A stretch of DNA of 58,008 nt, counting the filler, from Sphacelaria rigidula (Eukaryota): NCBI GenBank assembly GCA_964200075.2. It is 7 parts of 7 records of this genome, joined end to end, with 100 filler letters (N's around TTAATTAATTAA, not from the genome) between each part and the next. Parts side by side here need not be neighbours in the genome. Positions count along the whole stretch, not along the records: positions 41,509 to 49,708 come from CAXNAA020011937.1; positions 49,809 to 58,008 come from CAXNAA020011938.1; 5 more parts are not named here. One strand, 5' to 3'. The notes beneath the pieces are model-generated. The model made no database searches, had not been told where the DNA came from, and worked only from the letters and a program-made list of their open reading frames with translations. Below are positions 45,930-58,008 of this stretch, in pieces. Numbering within the stretch: the first letter of the stretch is position 1; each line of letters begins with the position of its first letter. Made by a program: the position numbers and the translations under genes.

Positions 45930-46345
45930 TAGTTATGTAGTATTAACTCAGACAGAGGGAAATGCTACCGCTGAGTTGTACCGTATAACTCATACATTGT
46001 AAAACGGCGCCAATTAGTTGTACCGTATAACTCATACAGTGGAAAATGGCAGCAGTGAGTCGTAGCCTACGACTCAGACCATGGCGAACCGTACCACTGA
46101 GCTGTATCGTACAACTCAGTCAGTGGAGAATAGTACCTCTGAGTTACACGATATAATCCAGCTAGTGTAAAATGGCACCGTTAGTTGTACCGTATAACTT
46201 AGCCAGAGCAAAAGGGCACCATTGAGGTGTACCGCATAACGTAGCCAGTGGAAAATGGCGCCAAAGTTGCACCATATGACTCAGATAGAGGAAAATGGCA
46301 CCACTGAGTTGTATCGTATAAATCAGCCAGAAAAAAATGTCACCA
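45930..46345. repeat. Tandem array of ~10 x 42-bp palindromic units
   Basis: Unit starts at ~45930, 45972, 46014, 46056, 46098, 46140, 46181, 46223, ~46263 and 46305. Consensus is approximately TGAGTTGTACCGTATAACTCAGCCAGTGGAAAATGGCACCAC. Confidence 0.92.
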
Positions 46346-46519
46346 GCAACGGCGAGGCAAGAAGAAAGCGGCGGAAGAGAACCTTTGGTATCTGCTACGT
46401 CCACGTCAGTCGCGTTCTCTGATGGCTGCAAGTCCTGTTTATAATCGTTCGCGCGAGTGGAGGGGTACGAAAGCAAAAACTTGAAAAGCTTAGCTTATTG
46501 GGTCGAAGCCATGGGGCGA

Positions 46520-47010
46520 GAAGGTACCAAAGGGCACTTGACTCCTATCTTACAGACCACCACGCCAGATACCGCCCGTGCACAGACTCATGCAAACCCC
46601 GCACAATTAATTCGAGGCCACCACAGTAACCCCGCGGCATAGTGCACGAGCTGAGCACAGGGAGGCACCCACAGCAGTTGTTGAGAACACGCTCTATCAC
46701 CTTATTGGCATGATGTGTTCATTCTTGTCGGCGAAAACTTTATCTTCTTTACGGGTAGTGGTCCGCGATGGAATTGCGTGGTGGAGTGGGAAATCGACTT
46801 ACGTTCACGCTCATGGATGCTACAGACAACGTAAAAGTGCACGTTGCCCGCTTCTTTTCACATCCTTCTGTACCTAACACGCGCATACACTCGACACACT
46901 GTGTGTAGACAGTACAGGCAGTACTCTGCTGTCAGTGCTGATTCCAAGTGATTGGAAGTACCGCTTCACGAATTCCACCGTCTATTTTCGACCGGAAGCT
47001 TGCAAATTCG
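46520..47010. mobile_element. Internal fragment of the element family at 34125-34936
   Basis: ggcacttgactcctatcttacagaccaccacgccagata.. is collinear with ~34315-34840. Confidence 0.7.
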
Positions 47011-47502
47011 CTCGGACCCAAACCGCGCATAACAAAACAGTTCGATCGAATGAATTCCGTCGCACATTGTCGTTCAATCGAAAATAACTCCCCAGATACG
47101 CCCCAAGTTGTAGGCGTGCGTACATACAGCATGGGGTGGAAGATGCGATATAGCAAGGATATGCAACAACAACAAAAAAACTAGACTCCCCCTCCCCCCT
47201 CCTCTCCTTCACGGGCCGGAAAATATAGATATTTGGTCGCCTTATAAAAAAATCCAGGACTTGCGGAGTAATTTGACAAGTTGACACCCTGTTTTGGAGG
47301 ATCAATCAATCATGACAAGATGGATGGATGCAACGCGCTGTGGTCGTCCGATTGTGATGCAGTACAACACATCGCGGCATATGCGACAGAGTCACCAACG
47401 TACAATTACTTGCTTGCAGACAAGCAGCGGGAACCAGGCCGAAAAAATAAAGTTAATGTAGTCATTGTAGGCCCTTTATATTGCTGATGTAGCGTAGCAG
47501 AA

Positions 47503-47940
47503 CAAGTGAACCGGCTCACCTATACTTGGTTCAAGTACGAGTAACTTGCCTCCCGTACTGTTAAATGAAAAACCTGCCTCAGTTCACTGACATCCAGTCA
47601 CGTAACTTCCCACATTTTTTCCAAGATGAAGAGACGTGTTTCACCGATACTTGATTCAAGTAACTTGCCTCAGCTAGTCTGAGATCAAGTGAATCGGTTC
47701 GCCCATACCTCAATCAAGTGCCTGCCTGAGCTGGTCTACGATAAGGTCATGTGACTTGGTCCACCTGCATTCGGTTCAAGTAACTTGCCTCGATTTCTCC
47801 AAGATCAAGTGCTTTGGCTCAATAATACTCAACCCCAATAACTTGCCTCTCAGCTAGTCTACAATCAAGTGACGTGGTTCACCCATATCCAGTTCAAATA
47901 ACTTGTCTCCCCCACTCTAAGATCACGTAACTGGTCTCAT
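47503..47940. repeat. Degenerate ~60-bp tandem repeat (~7 units)
   Basis: Recurring (T)CAAGTGA..GGTTCACC.ATAC...TTCAAGTAACTTGCCTC at ~47503, 47685, 47747, 47805, 47865 and 47923, with degraded units in between. Confidence 0.8.
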
Positions 47941-48526
47941 ATAGCAACAAGTGCGGACCTATATTCAAACAGGATTCAGTTTACCCCCTGCCTCAGCCCA
48001 CCCCTCAGCCCCTCTTGAGCACCGGAAATGAAAAACGTGGGAGGAGAGTTCAGGACGAAAAAATGCGTACCCCCTTGGGTACAGCCAAGGGTGCACGAGA
48101 AGAAAGAAAAAAACGCACACCTACGTACCCCCCCCCCTCCGTGCCCCTCCCGCAGGGCCGACAAAATGTATAAAGTTGTCAGCCTTTATTTCTTTGCCGT
48201 TTGCCTTTCCCCTCTCAATCCATGTGTACAATGCACGTTACCCCTTGAACACGTCCTGAAAACCTACTTGTTGAAAAACACCTGCATGTTGCTGTGGGAT
48301 TGCTCGGCTTTATTACATGGTCGTGGTTGGAGGCGATCCCCGACCAAGACAAGAGTTCAAAAAACAACCACAACTTACCTCTGAGCTTGTTCAAATGGGC
48401 AACAACGGAGGGGACTTATGAGCCTACATCCGTGGTGGTGTGTACAGTGTTACAAATTTTGGGTGTGGGATCAGCTTTCGAAACAGAATATCATAGTATT
48501 CAGAATCTTGTTTTGGATACGGAACG

Positions 48527-48891
48527 CCGGTCGCCCCGGTGACTCAGTCGGTGAACTCGAAAGCTTCTGTCGGTTGGCTCGTGGGTTCGAATCTCGGAGC
48601 TATCTGGGATTTTTTCTCACACAATGCCCAACAATGGAGAGCGATTGTGTCGTGGGTACACAAAATTGGACTTAATGGTCGACGAGGGAAAGGGACTGCT
48701 GAATGCCTCTCGCGATAAAAAATAAAGGCAAGCACCGCAGAAGGAAGGTGGAGGACTAGAACAAATAAAAAAGCAAAATTCTTGTGTGTTGGCCTTCCTC
48801 CTGTGTGACCCAGGCTGGTGCGCCCACATATACCGAAAGGTGTAGACCGGCGTCCAGAATACATGGGACGACAACACACAACACACACAGT
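48527..48891 (+). mobile_element. tRNA-derived SINE
   Basis: tRNA-like head with an A-box-like TGACTCAGTCGG (~48540) and a B-box GGTTCGAATC (~48584), followed by a ~300-bp unrelated body ending in a simple CAACACACA tail. It resembles an abundant kelp repeat as I recall it; this was not verified by search. Confidence 0.75.
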
Positions 48892-49598
48892 GGAATCACT
48901 TTGGACGATTATCTCCTCAAGGTGGCTGGTTCCTTCACTGATGAGTAACCAGGGTGAGCAATTACCATAAAAAATATTACTGTGCATTATCGTGATGGCT
49001 GGATACCGTGATGAGCGTGACCAACCTCGAAAGGCCACGCCGAAGTGAGCCTGGGCACTTGTTTTGTTTATTTTGTATACTGTTTTCCTATCTGCATTTC
49101 ATGATCTTTCTTTTATTTCCTTTTTTCTTTCTTCTCCCTATATTAAAGGGTTTCGGAACATGCTTTTTCACACTTCAGGATCAGAACGTAAGGGGGGAAA
49201 GCCGGTAACGTTATAAATTTCAAACTGGGAAAAAAAACTCAGCATCAATTTTTCATATGGCGGACGAGCACGAGTATGACTCGTGGCCCTCGCACTCGTT
49301 GGGCTGCTCGTTGGCCGTAAAAATTAAGAGGGCGAGCACTCGAGTGATTGGTCGTTGTGGAAAAAATTAATAGGGCGAGTGCTCGAGCCATTGCTCATGG
49401 TGGAGAAGAACATGACTCGAGGACACGAGTCATTGCTCGTGGTGAACGACTTGAGTGGTGGAGTCAGCAACCCGACGAGTAAACAATTACAATGAACGCT
49501 TCTACGATCTTGAACCTACGATAGAATCTTCAAGTTCATATGCATATCTGCACATGTAGAAGCGTCAAGCTCCGAAGCTCGTTTTCATTTTATCCAAG

Positions 49599-49632
<34 letters not shown>

Positions 49633-49708
49633 ACCCCCCCCCCCCCCCCCACTACCCCCCCCCCGGGCACACCCACACAGCCAGGAAACAGGAGATCGAC
49701 AGAGCCAC

Positions 49709-49808
49709 NNNNNNNNNNNNNNNNNNNNNNNNNNNNNNNNNNNNNNNNNNNNTTAATTAATTAANNNNNNNNNNNNNNNNNNNNNNNNNNNNNNNNNNNN
49801 NNNNNNNN
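49709..49808. other. Artificial contig-joining spacer
   Basis: 44 N + TTAATTAATTAA + 44 N. Confidence 0.98.
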
Positions 49809-51649
49809 GTGGTGTTATCGGCGAGTCGCATAAAGGGTGAGCTGCGTCCTGCTAAGATTGTTCAGCCCGAAGCCTACTGATTACCTTGCACTTGGATGAC
49901 AGCCAACAATGAGTTGCTTCATTCTGCGGTATCGCCACATCCAGAGACAGCCACGGCTTTTTACACTGCCTCATGGGTGTCTCACCATGGGGAAGGAGAG
50001 GGGGGGGGGGTTCTCGTGACATTGCTCACCATAGTCATCTGACCACTGACCCCGCATCCCTACATAGTCGGGACACGCCGGGTTCCCGATGGACCAGGCT
50101 TGCAATCAATCACCGAGCGCGAAGCGACGTGATGTGTTCGGCGCGTCGCATGAGGTGTGAACTACATCTCTAAGATTGTTCGGCGCGAAGCGTACACGAG
50201 GGGGCAGGGAGGATCGAGAGGGTGCTCTAGGCAACTACGCGCTCGCGCGTTTGTGGCAACGGTTAAACTGATGCTGGAAGGCACCATCTCAAGGATAGGA
50301 TATGTGCAGATGTTGCAACGGCACGACGCTCTGCCGGCGCAGTTTTCGCCAGACTGATGATATTATAACCAAGTCACACCTGTCTGTTTTCTTATTTCAT
50401 CACGGCTGCTGTTGCTGTTGCTGTCCTTATTTCTAGTACTAGTATTGCGCAGCGCTCTGCCGCGATGTGGTGCACCCAGCGCCCCCCCCCCCGAGATGGT
50501 GAGCATGCCTATCGATGTCCGTCGAGTATCGTGAATCTCGACGTCATGGTGAACCAGCCAGCCGTGCATGTCGAACCCAGAGAGTTGAAACGGTACTGTG
50601 AAATGTAGCGTATGTGCATTCGTACTTGAACGCCTAATTCATCGGGGAGGTGAGGGTCTTAAGTTGGTTGAGGAGATATGAGAATTCTCCCTACTCGATC
50701 ATGCACCCTCAACCCCCCACCCCCCACTCATTCTCCGTTTATCCCAAATACCCAACCGATTCGTCAGCTAGTGCTACAGTGTAGGCAGGTGATGTGCGAC
50801 TTCTAAAAAATACCAAAATATCGAATGTACCCCACCCGACACGCCCTTTCACTTTTCTTGTCTTTTTTTGTGGAAAATGGCCAGGAATACATACTGCATC
50901 GTTCTGGTGGATGGCGAAAGAGTTGGCGAAACGCCCCTGTGTGCGAAAACGCAAGCGCCGGTGAGAACCTAGTACACAACGATCGGTTTTGCGGTTTTGT
51001 CACATTCCAGTGTTGATTTATTCGTCTCGTGTAATGCTCCAAAGTTGTTTTGGCAATGCTCTAAAATGGTTTACCGCAACGGTTTGAATCTGTGTTTGCA
51101 CATCCCGAAAGCTGTCCAGCGTAATCCTGGCCGTTCTTTTTTCGTGCGACCGGTTCTAAATTTCAATATTCTGTTGTTGGTTCTCATTTCTTCCTTTTAC
51201 CTTTTTTCTCCTTGTTCTTTTTTAAGCTGCAAACCTGCACTAATATTGCATGGGCGTTGAGTTTCCGTGGTGTACTTTTTGGTATATTTCAATGCGTCGT
51301 ATTGAAGAATTGGCACACGGGAACATCTGTGGGTGATATTTTGTCATTCATGTCTCACGCACGAAGCGAGAAAAACTCACATGTCGTTTTTTCATCGTAT
51401 CAAGTTTACCTCTCTTACTTGATCTTCATGCACCTGCTAACAGCGTGTACTGTCCCTTCTGTAGATGGACATTTGGTTTCAGTGCAGATCATTGTTGTGT
51501 CAAAACATGTTTATGGTAACACTAGTAATAACAATGATAATGATGATGATAATAATGGTTAATGTTTTGACACAACAAACCATTGTCTCTTATCTCATCA
51601 CCTATTCTTCGTGTCTTCCTTTTGTCGGTGCCGACCCACACACAAGCAG

Positions 51650-54600
51650 ATGTGGAACCAACCAATAACTGTGCCGCACGAGACGATCAGGCAGGCCGCC
51701 GACAGGAATGTGTGGCCCGTACCGTACCAGCCCCTAATCGTACAGGTGAAATGTCATTTTTTGTCTTGTTGTGCTGTAGTACTGCGCTGTGTACATATCG
51801 GGGATCTTTCGAGTCACCTTGTAATTGTTGTGTTGTCGTTATTATTGTTGCTGCGTAGGCTTCTACTTATCATGCTAGTGCGGGTTTTGTGTGCATGTGA
51901 CCCATGATAATGTTCAACATGAACGATTTTTTCAGAACCTGTACTCGCATAAAAAGTAGAAGCCTACTGCTGCTGCTGCTGCTGCTGTTGTTGTTGCTGT
52001 GTGATTGACTGGATGGTTGGCGATTGTATCGCACACAGAAGATAATAAATACCCCTTAGTTGTCTTTCGAGGAGTCACCACCTTGTCAAAGATTGGTCGA
52101 TTGCACCCCCGCCCCCCGCCCCTCCTCGATCGATCGCTATACCGGGAGATAGATGGTGGCCATAGACGGCGAAACAGGACGGGGATAAGATCTATCGAAG
52201 GTTCTTGTGCAATGTATGGAAGAGACGTAATGAGCGTCCGAATGTTGGTGGTGTCTCCATTGGGAGCAGGAACGGTGCGCCGTATGGAATAGGATGCGTG
52301 GTCAATAGTCAAGCGACTAAGGCAAGCAACTAATGAGTACGCCCCCCTCCCCTCTTCCGCCCTGAAGCAAATAATCCAAGGGCGTGTCGGGTAGGGGTAT
52401 ACCCGATATTGTGGAATTGTGAAAAGTCGCACATCACCTCTCTAAGTCAGTACAACACGGGGAGTATTCATATGCTTGACGGGGTACACGGTATCAGATG
52501 CAGGGATCAATTTCATCGCGGCCATGGGGCAAATTAAATAATGGAGAATATGTATGTTTCCCCTCCCGTACATTCACCGGTACAAAAAAGGTTGTTCCTT
52601 TACACGTTCGATCCGTGCCAACGGTGGATAGAACGCCATTAATGAAATTTAGAGCGAATGTGAACTAAGCTTCGCTAGGGGTGAGGCAGTAGACTTACGG
52701 GTCCCGAAGAAGAACCTTGTCGTATCCTGCTGCCGAAGGTTCTCCAGAGCGAGGCGTAATTCTCCTTGTCATTTGGGCAAGGATGCGACCGTAGTCAAGG
52801 GTAGGCTAGAAGAACGAGTGAACGGGTCGGTACAGCGTACCGGTCCGTTGTCAACCAGAGTCCGTGCGGTGACTCTTGTTATATTGAGTTCATATACCGT
52901 AGATCCCTTTGCCTAGGTTTGCTAAAGATCCAGTTTCACAGGTTTGAACGTTTCGAGTCCGCTCATGTGTGTGTCACTGGCGGGCTCCGTTCCTGAGACT
53001 GTTTCTCCGGCTCACATGTGTATATGGATGCCATTACGCTCATACATCCGTGGTCTCCACACGAAGATTTGAATGAAATTATCGAGGAACACCCAAAGAT
53101 CCGTCACACGGTTGAATTTTTGGTGGTTTCCTTTGACGTGCTTACACAATTTTTTCTCAAGGAAATTCGGTGGGAAAAGTTGGATTTTTTTTTTCTTCGT
53201 TGAAAAAAAAAGGGTAGTTGTTCCCATACAGAGGGGTGCTCTTCGTCCGTGTGTAACTGTTGTACTGCCTCTTGCTGCTTCCCTGTACTGTATTATGTTT
53301 TTATCGCACAGGTATGGGACCGTGCGAACACATCGGATACTCTGTTGGGGAGCGCGAGGGTGATGATCTCCGAGAGCCTGTCGCAAGATAGCAACGACGG
53401 GTGGTATCGGCTTGTCGGCAGCGGGGATCAGGTTGGTTGAACCCTTTTACGGCGAGAGCAGGTTATGTGTCGAATCGACATCAATTTATTTCGACAAAAG
53501 GTATGCATGATCCAGATGGACTACCCTCGCGGCCTGAGGGTCAAAGAGCGCAGAGCTGTCTGGTCAGTGAAGCATGATTCATAGATTGCTCATTAGTGTC
53601 ACATGTTGTGAACGATGATCAGCTGTATGTGACACATCGGAGGGTCGGCGGGAACATTGTTGTCGCCGTTGCTGCTGCGAGGCGACCTAAAGTTTTGGTC
53701 GTATACATATGGTTGATTTTTTTTTCCAACAAACTAACAGTAACGCTAATCCTATAACCCTAACCCCGACTCGAGGCGTACGAGACCATCAGGCAAGGTG
53801 GGTGCGTAGGTTCCCCTAGGCAAAGCGTGCGTTGGTAGACCTGAAAAGGACGCCGCAGGCGCCGATTTCGACAAAAGCACGTTCTGGGCGAGCCGGATCC
53901 ATTGCCCACCTGCCCCAAACCACACATTTTCTCAGAATCAACTCTAAAATCAAGTAGTCATGTTATCAACCATAGATATACGACCAAAGCTCTAGGTCTA
54001 CTGGCTGCTGCTGTTGTTGTTGTTCACGTCGGCTCTTTTTCAGAAATCTATCGCCGCGGTCACAAGGCCTTGACAAAACAAACAGGATACAACGGAAAAT
54101 AGGAATGAGGATACGCTCACGAAGATGACATGAACACGCCAGCGAAAAAATACCCTACTAAGGAGTGTGTATTTTCGATTCTCGATTTTTTCGGAGATAT
54201 ACACGTTACACGTGACGTTTCACGTGACAATGTTCGAAAAAACGTAATTTTGGATCATTTAACGCTGCGTGAGGTTTGATTTGTTGGATAAGACAAATGT
54301 AACGTAACGTGATGTAACGTGTTGACCTTGAAGCAGTGTCTGTTGGGATTTAACATATGTAAAAAAAAGCTGTTTATTGTGATTTTTGAACGTGACGTTT
54401 TACGTGACATATTCAGGAAAACAAGCAGTTTTGGTCACATCTGGGAAGTAAAACGCTATGTTGGGATTCATGCAAAGAACCACACGTTACATCACGTTAC
54501 GTTACATTTGTCTCATTAAAAAAATCGAACCTTCCGTAGCGTTAAATGACCCAGAGTAACATTATCTCGAAGATGTCACGTAAAACGTCACGTGTAACGT

Positions 54601-56393
54601 GTTAATCCCCGGATTTTTTGCACACGCTGGACAACATGGGGTAAATACTTGCAATAAAGAACAAAATGTACTGCGTAAAGTATAGGCATATTGCAAGTGT
54701 TGTCGGGGTAATTTCTTGTGAAGATAGATTTTGGTTAAGGTCCTCGTCCGGGAGGGACGTCACCGTACTGATGCTGACTGACACTGCTGTGAAGTCAAGT
54801 GAATGTTTGTTGAAAAAAATCTCAGCTGATTGTCCCCGGTACCCTGGACCCCAACAGACTGATGGCCAGCGGAAACTATTCAAGGGTCGGACAAATAATG
54901 ATTCGTCACAAAATTACTTGGTTTTAGTATGCTGAGTCAACTCGTGACGAATCAATCGCTAGGCTTTATTTCAGCGTTGCAACCCNNNNNNNNNNGCGCA
55001 AAAGTTGCGTAGATACCCCTTGGAACAGCGATCAACGTTTTTCTCCCTTTTGGGCATTCGGGCCGAAGAAATCGTGAAATTGGTGATGTTGAGTCGTGAT
55101 GATTTGTCCTAACCGTGAAACTATTGCATATCATCTAATGGTTCCAAACTTGTTGAGATCCCGCGACGTTTTGAGTTTTTTTTCGGTGTCAGTTGGCATC
55201 AGTACGCTGGAGTTCAGGGTCCGAGAAGCTTCACAAGAATTTGTAATCGATGCTACAAGTACCAGGAATCCCGCGTTTGAGATACCCCTAGTGATGGGTG
55301 TGTACGAGCGATCTTCGAGAACTGATGAGGATATGTTTTTGCAGACACTCCGTTCCAACAGTTGCCCCCCCCCCGCCTTGCCAAAGAGAATGTTGGTGAT
55401 GCTGCGCAGTGTTTTAATGGTGAGACACAAGAGGCAGTGTGTGGGCGGTGGCTGTCCCTTGAAGCGGCGATACCAGAATATGAAGCAATTCATTATAGAC
55501 TGTTATCCATGTGCAAGATAATCAGTACGCTTTGGGCCGAAGAATGGTAGCAGGATGCAGCTCACCATTCATGCGGCTCGCCGAACATGTGACGGCGCTT
55601 TGCGCTTGGTGGTTGATTGCGAACCTGGCCCGGCGAAAATCCGCCGTCCTCCGTCCCGACTTTGTAGGGGTCCAAGATCAATGACCACACGACTACGGCA
55701 TGCATGATTATGACTACCCCCACACCATCTCCTCCGATACCGCCTTATGCCTTGCATTTTGGTGTCCTGGGTTGGATGATGACCATCAGCACTCCTTCCG
55801 CACCGCGTCGACTTCCATTAAACCAACTCAGTCGAACAGCCTCCCTTGGCTACTTACTCCTGTACGTCCGCACGCTTTCAATGACAAAAATCATAAACTT
55901 CGAAGAAGAAAAAAAAAACTAGACGCACCAGACCGGAATCAAACCCGCGTTCCTTCCACCCTAACGGTGTCAGTTGTGTACCGTTAGATCAAATGCGTGC
56001 GTCAAAACTATCATTCCATCATCTGAAGAACCATTTTTTTTGTCATCATTATTTTTTCTCCAGCGTGCCTCCCTCAATTTTTAGCCACCACCCGTTTCGT
56101 ATTTTTCCTTCGTTATCATGCCTCTCTCAAATTGTTGGCTACCATGTGCTTCATTTGTTGTTGTTGTCACGATCATGCCTCTCAATGTTAAGCTACCATC
56201 CGTTCTGTTCTCATGATCATGCCTCTCTCAGGGGGGAAGTTCACACAATGGTGGAGGCAACGGAGGTAACGGGGAATCAGCGGGGGGGAAAATTTGCGTC
56301 AGGACGCACTGGCACTCCAAGAAATTCTCCGCGGTACAACACAAGGACCAGGGGAGGTTCTTCATGCGTGACGTGTTCGGCCCCGGAGAGAAG
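51650..56393 (+). CDS. Internal exons of a C2-domain-containing protein (partial)
   Basis: Exons: 51650-51745 (MWNQPITVP...QPLIVQ|gtgaaa), 53312-53431 (VWDRANTSDTLLGSARVMI...DGWYRLVGSGDQ|gttggt), 56232-56393 (GGSSHNGGG...GKICVRTHW...RDVFGPGEK|gtaagc). All have cag acceptors and are phase 0. WNQ / LIVQVWD / D-x-LLG / GWYRL / GKI-x-V are C2-domain hallmarks. Confidence 0.8.
54191..54612. repeat. Foldback element (~420 bp) in an intron, rich in ACGT motifs
   Basis: acacgttacacgtgacgtttcacgtgaca..agacaaatgtaacgtaacgtgatgtaacgtg pairs with cacgttacatcacgttacgttacatttgtct..tgtcacgtaaaacgtcacgtgtaacgtgt. Confidence 0.85.
54986..54995. other. 10-N intra-scaffold gap
   Basis: A run of 10 N without the linker sequence. 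Confidence 0.95.
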
Positions 56394-58008
56394 GTAAGCA
56401 AGAGTCATCTCTTGCTTTATTTCCCTTGTTGATTTTTTATCTTTTTTTTTTCTTCCTGTTTTTGTTCCTTTTGTTTCTTTTGTCTCGTATATATACCCTC
56501 CTCATTTCCGCGTTATCTTGCGCGATTTCTGTTTTGTCCCATCTTGTCTTGGTTGCTCCTTATATTTTGTTTTCCCCCCTTCTCTGCTTTGGTTGCTCGC
56601 ATGGCTGCTTTGAACCGAAACCCCTCTAACCTCCCCAACCCGTCTCCGTTACGTCCTCACTTTTGTAGTAAATGGATGAGATGGGGCTGAAGTTATAAGG
56701 GAGCAGAGATGAATTGCACTCTTGAGTCCAACTTTTCCTAGGTAGTAGCTACCGTCAACGACAAAAGCAAGATTCGTCAACAGCGTACATGATGTTTTTT
56801 GTTTTTTTTCAAATGTTTTCATCGTACTTCTAATAACACCCCCTTGCTTCCCTCTGGGAAAGGTTCCGTATGTTTGAAACGATTGGCCCCATCCCTCCGC
56901 GGGTACCTAGCCACCTGGCACTCGTTTATCGTGGGGCACTGAATTGGCACTCTTACAGTCCGTCAATTCCCGTCGAACCTTTTTTCTAACCTATACGCAC
57001 ATCCTCACGCTTTTAACGAGGAACACCAACTCTCATGTCATTTTCCACTCACCTGCCCCTCCATCTAACCCCATGAAATACGCGCCAAGCTGATCGTTCG
57101 TGTACCCGTTCGACTATCGGGACGCAGTGAATGTAGAGCAAGACCAATATCGTAGACCGACGAAGTCATCATCCGTAGCGCAGGCCTAGCCGCTTGCTTG
57201 TCCACATATAGATCCGAGAGTGAATCCCGCTGAATATATTGGGAAATGATCTCAAGAAAGCACCGATTGCGATGATGGGGGGCTGGCTGACTGGCTGTCT
57301 TTGGTACTGATTTGTCTTGGGGTGTCCATTCATTTTAGTCTGTGAAATCTTCGAAAATTGTATTAGCCAAGAACAGCCGTATGGCCAATAGCCAGCCGTA
57401 CGGCCCAACGGGAGACTGGCTGGCTATCATGGGGGCTGTGTGGGTTCTCGACCATGGTTGCAGACTTGGCTTTTGAATAGATCTAGCGTGCAGGACATGA
57501 AGGTTGATAACAAGAGTCCTAGAGAGGCAGTGAGTCTTTCTATGGCCCGAACAGCTAGCAAGCTCTTGGGCCCTGGGGAATGACTCCCCATGGGATGTTG
57601 TCTAGAGGGGACCGGAATCACGGAACGTCAGGGACGTAAAAAGAGTGCTCTCCACGTGAAAAACATGCATCAGAACACAGTAGAGCGCATACCGAGACAT
57701 GTTACGGAACAGGGAGCGGAAAATTATACCTTCGTTTTGTCATCCATTTCATGCTGATTTGAATCGTTTGATGTTGTCGAGAGGGCACGTAGGTGATGTT
57801 CCTGACGTCCCGTATTCCGGGTCCCGTGAACAACATCCGCGAGGATCATTTCTCACGACCAACAGCTTTGCCAATACAGCCGTCTGAGTAAGAGCACTGC
57901 CATCACGGTGGCCAGTCCTCTGTGAGAGTATACTTATCTTCTCGTTTTCGTGTGCGTTTATTGAAGCCCCCCCCCCCCCCCTTGTAGGGGCGGCACCCAT
58001 GAGGCAGT

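Noticed and set aside
45930..46345. CRISPR array
   Set aside because: The linkers are homologous to each other rather than unique spacers, the repeats are too diverged, there are no cas genes, and the context is eukaryotic.
48527..48600. Functional tRNA gene
   Set aside because: It has A/B-box-like motifs but no convincing acceptor stem or cloverleaf, and it continues into a SINE body.
41509..49708. Integrated phaeovirus / giant-virus segment
   Set aside because: Only the EsV-1-7 gene is present. There are no NCLDV core genes or gene-dense region, and the flanks are ordinary host repeats.
54650..58008. ORFs at 55096-55521, 55131-55493 and 57169-58000 as genes
   Set aside because: They have no recognisable motifs or splice support and lie within or after introns of the C2 gene. 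They are probably decayed repeats.

Overview
This is eukaryotic genomic DNA, almost certainly from a brown alga (Phaeophyceae; a kelp is plausible but that is inference). It has long GT-AG introns, short GC-rich exons, an EsV-1-7 repeat gene and many MITE- and SINE-like repeats. The window is not one locus. It is seven contigs (1-8202, 8303-16504, 16605-24806, 24907-33107, 33208-41408, 41509-49708, 49809-58008) sorted by decreasing length (8202, 8202, 8202, 8201, 8201, 8200, 8200 bp). They are joined by artificial 100-bp spacers (44 N + TTAATTAATTAA + 44 N), so nothing can be inferred from adjacency across the spacers. By reading splice sites I reconstructed six genes. (1) A partial gene for a protein with repeated SH3/KOW-like beta modules and an intron at the same position in each complete repeat. 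(2) The 3' part of a calcium-dependent protein kinase (6 exons). (3) The 5' part of a secreted heme peroxidase of the peroxidase-cyclooxygenase superfamily with bacterial-type motifs; this is barely visible in the ORF track. (4) A secreted Pro/Thr/Glu/Ala-repeat protein. (5) An apparently intronless protein with seven EsV-1-7 repeats, with a 42-bp hairpin tandem array upstream of it. (6) Three exons of a C2-domain protein. No CRISPR, rRNA or true tRNA gene was found. I see no evidence of a multi-gene novel system. The best leads are single-locus observations.
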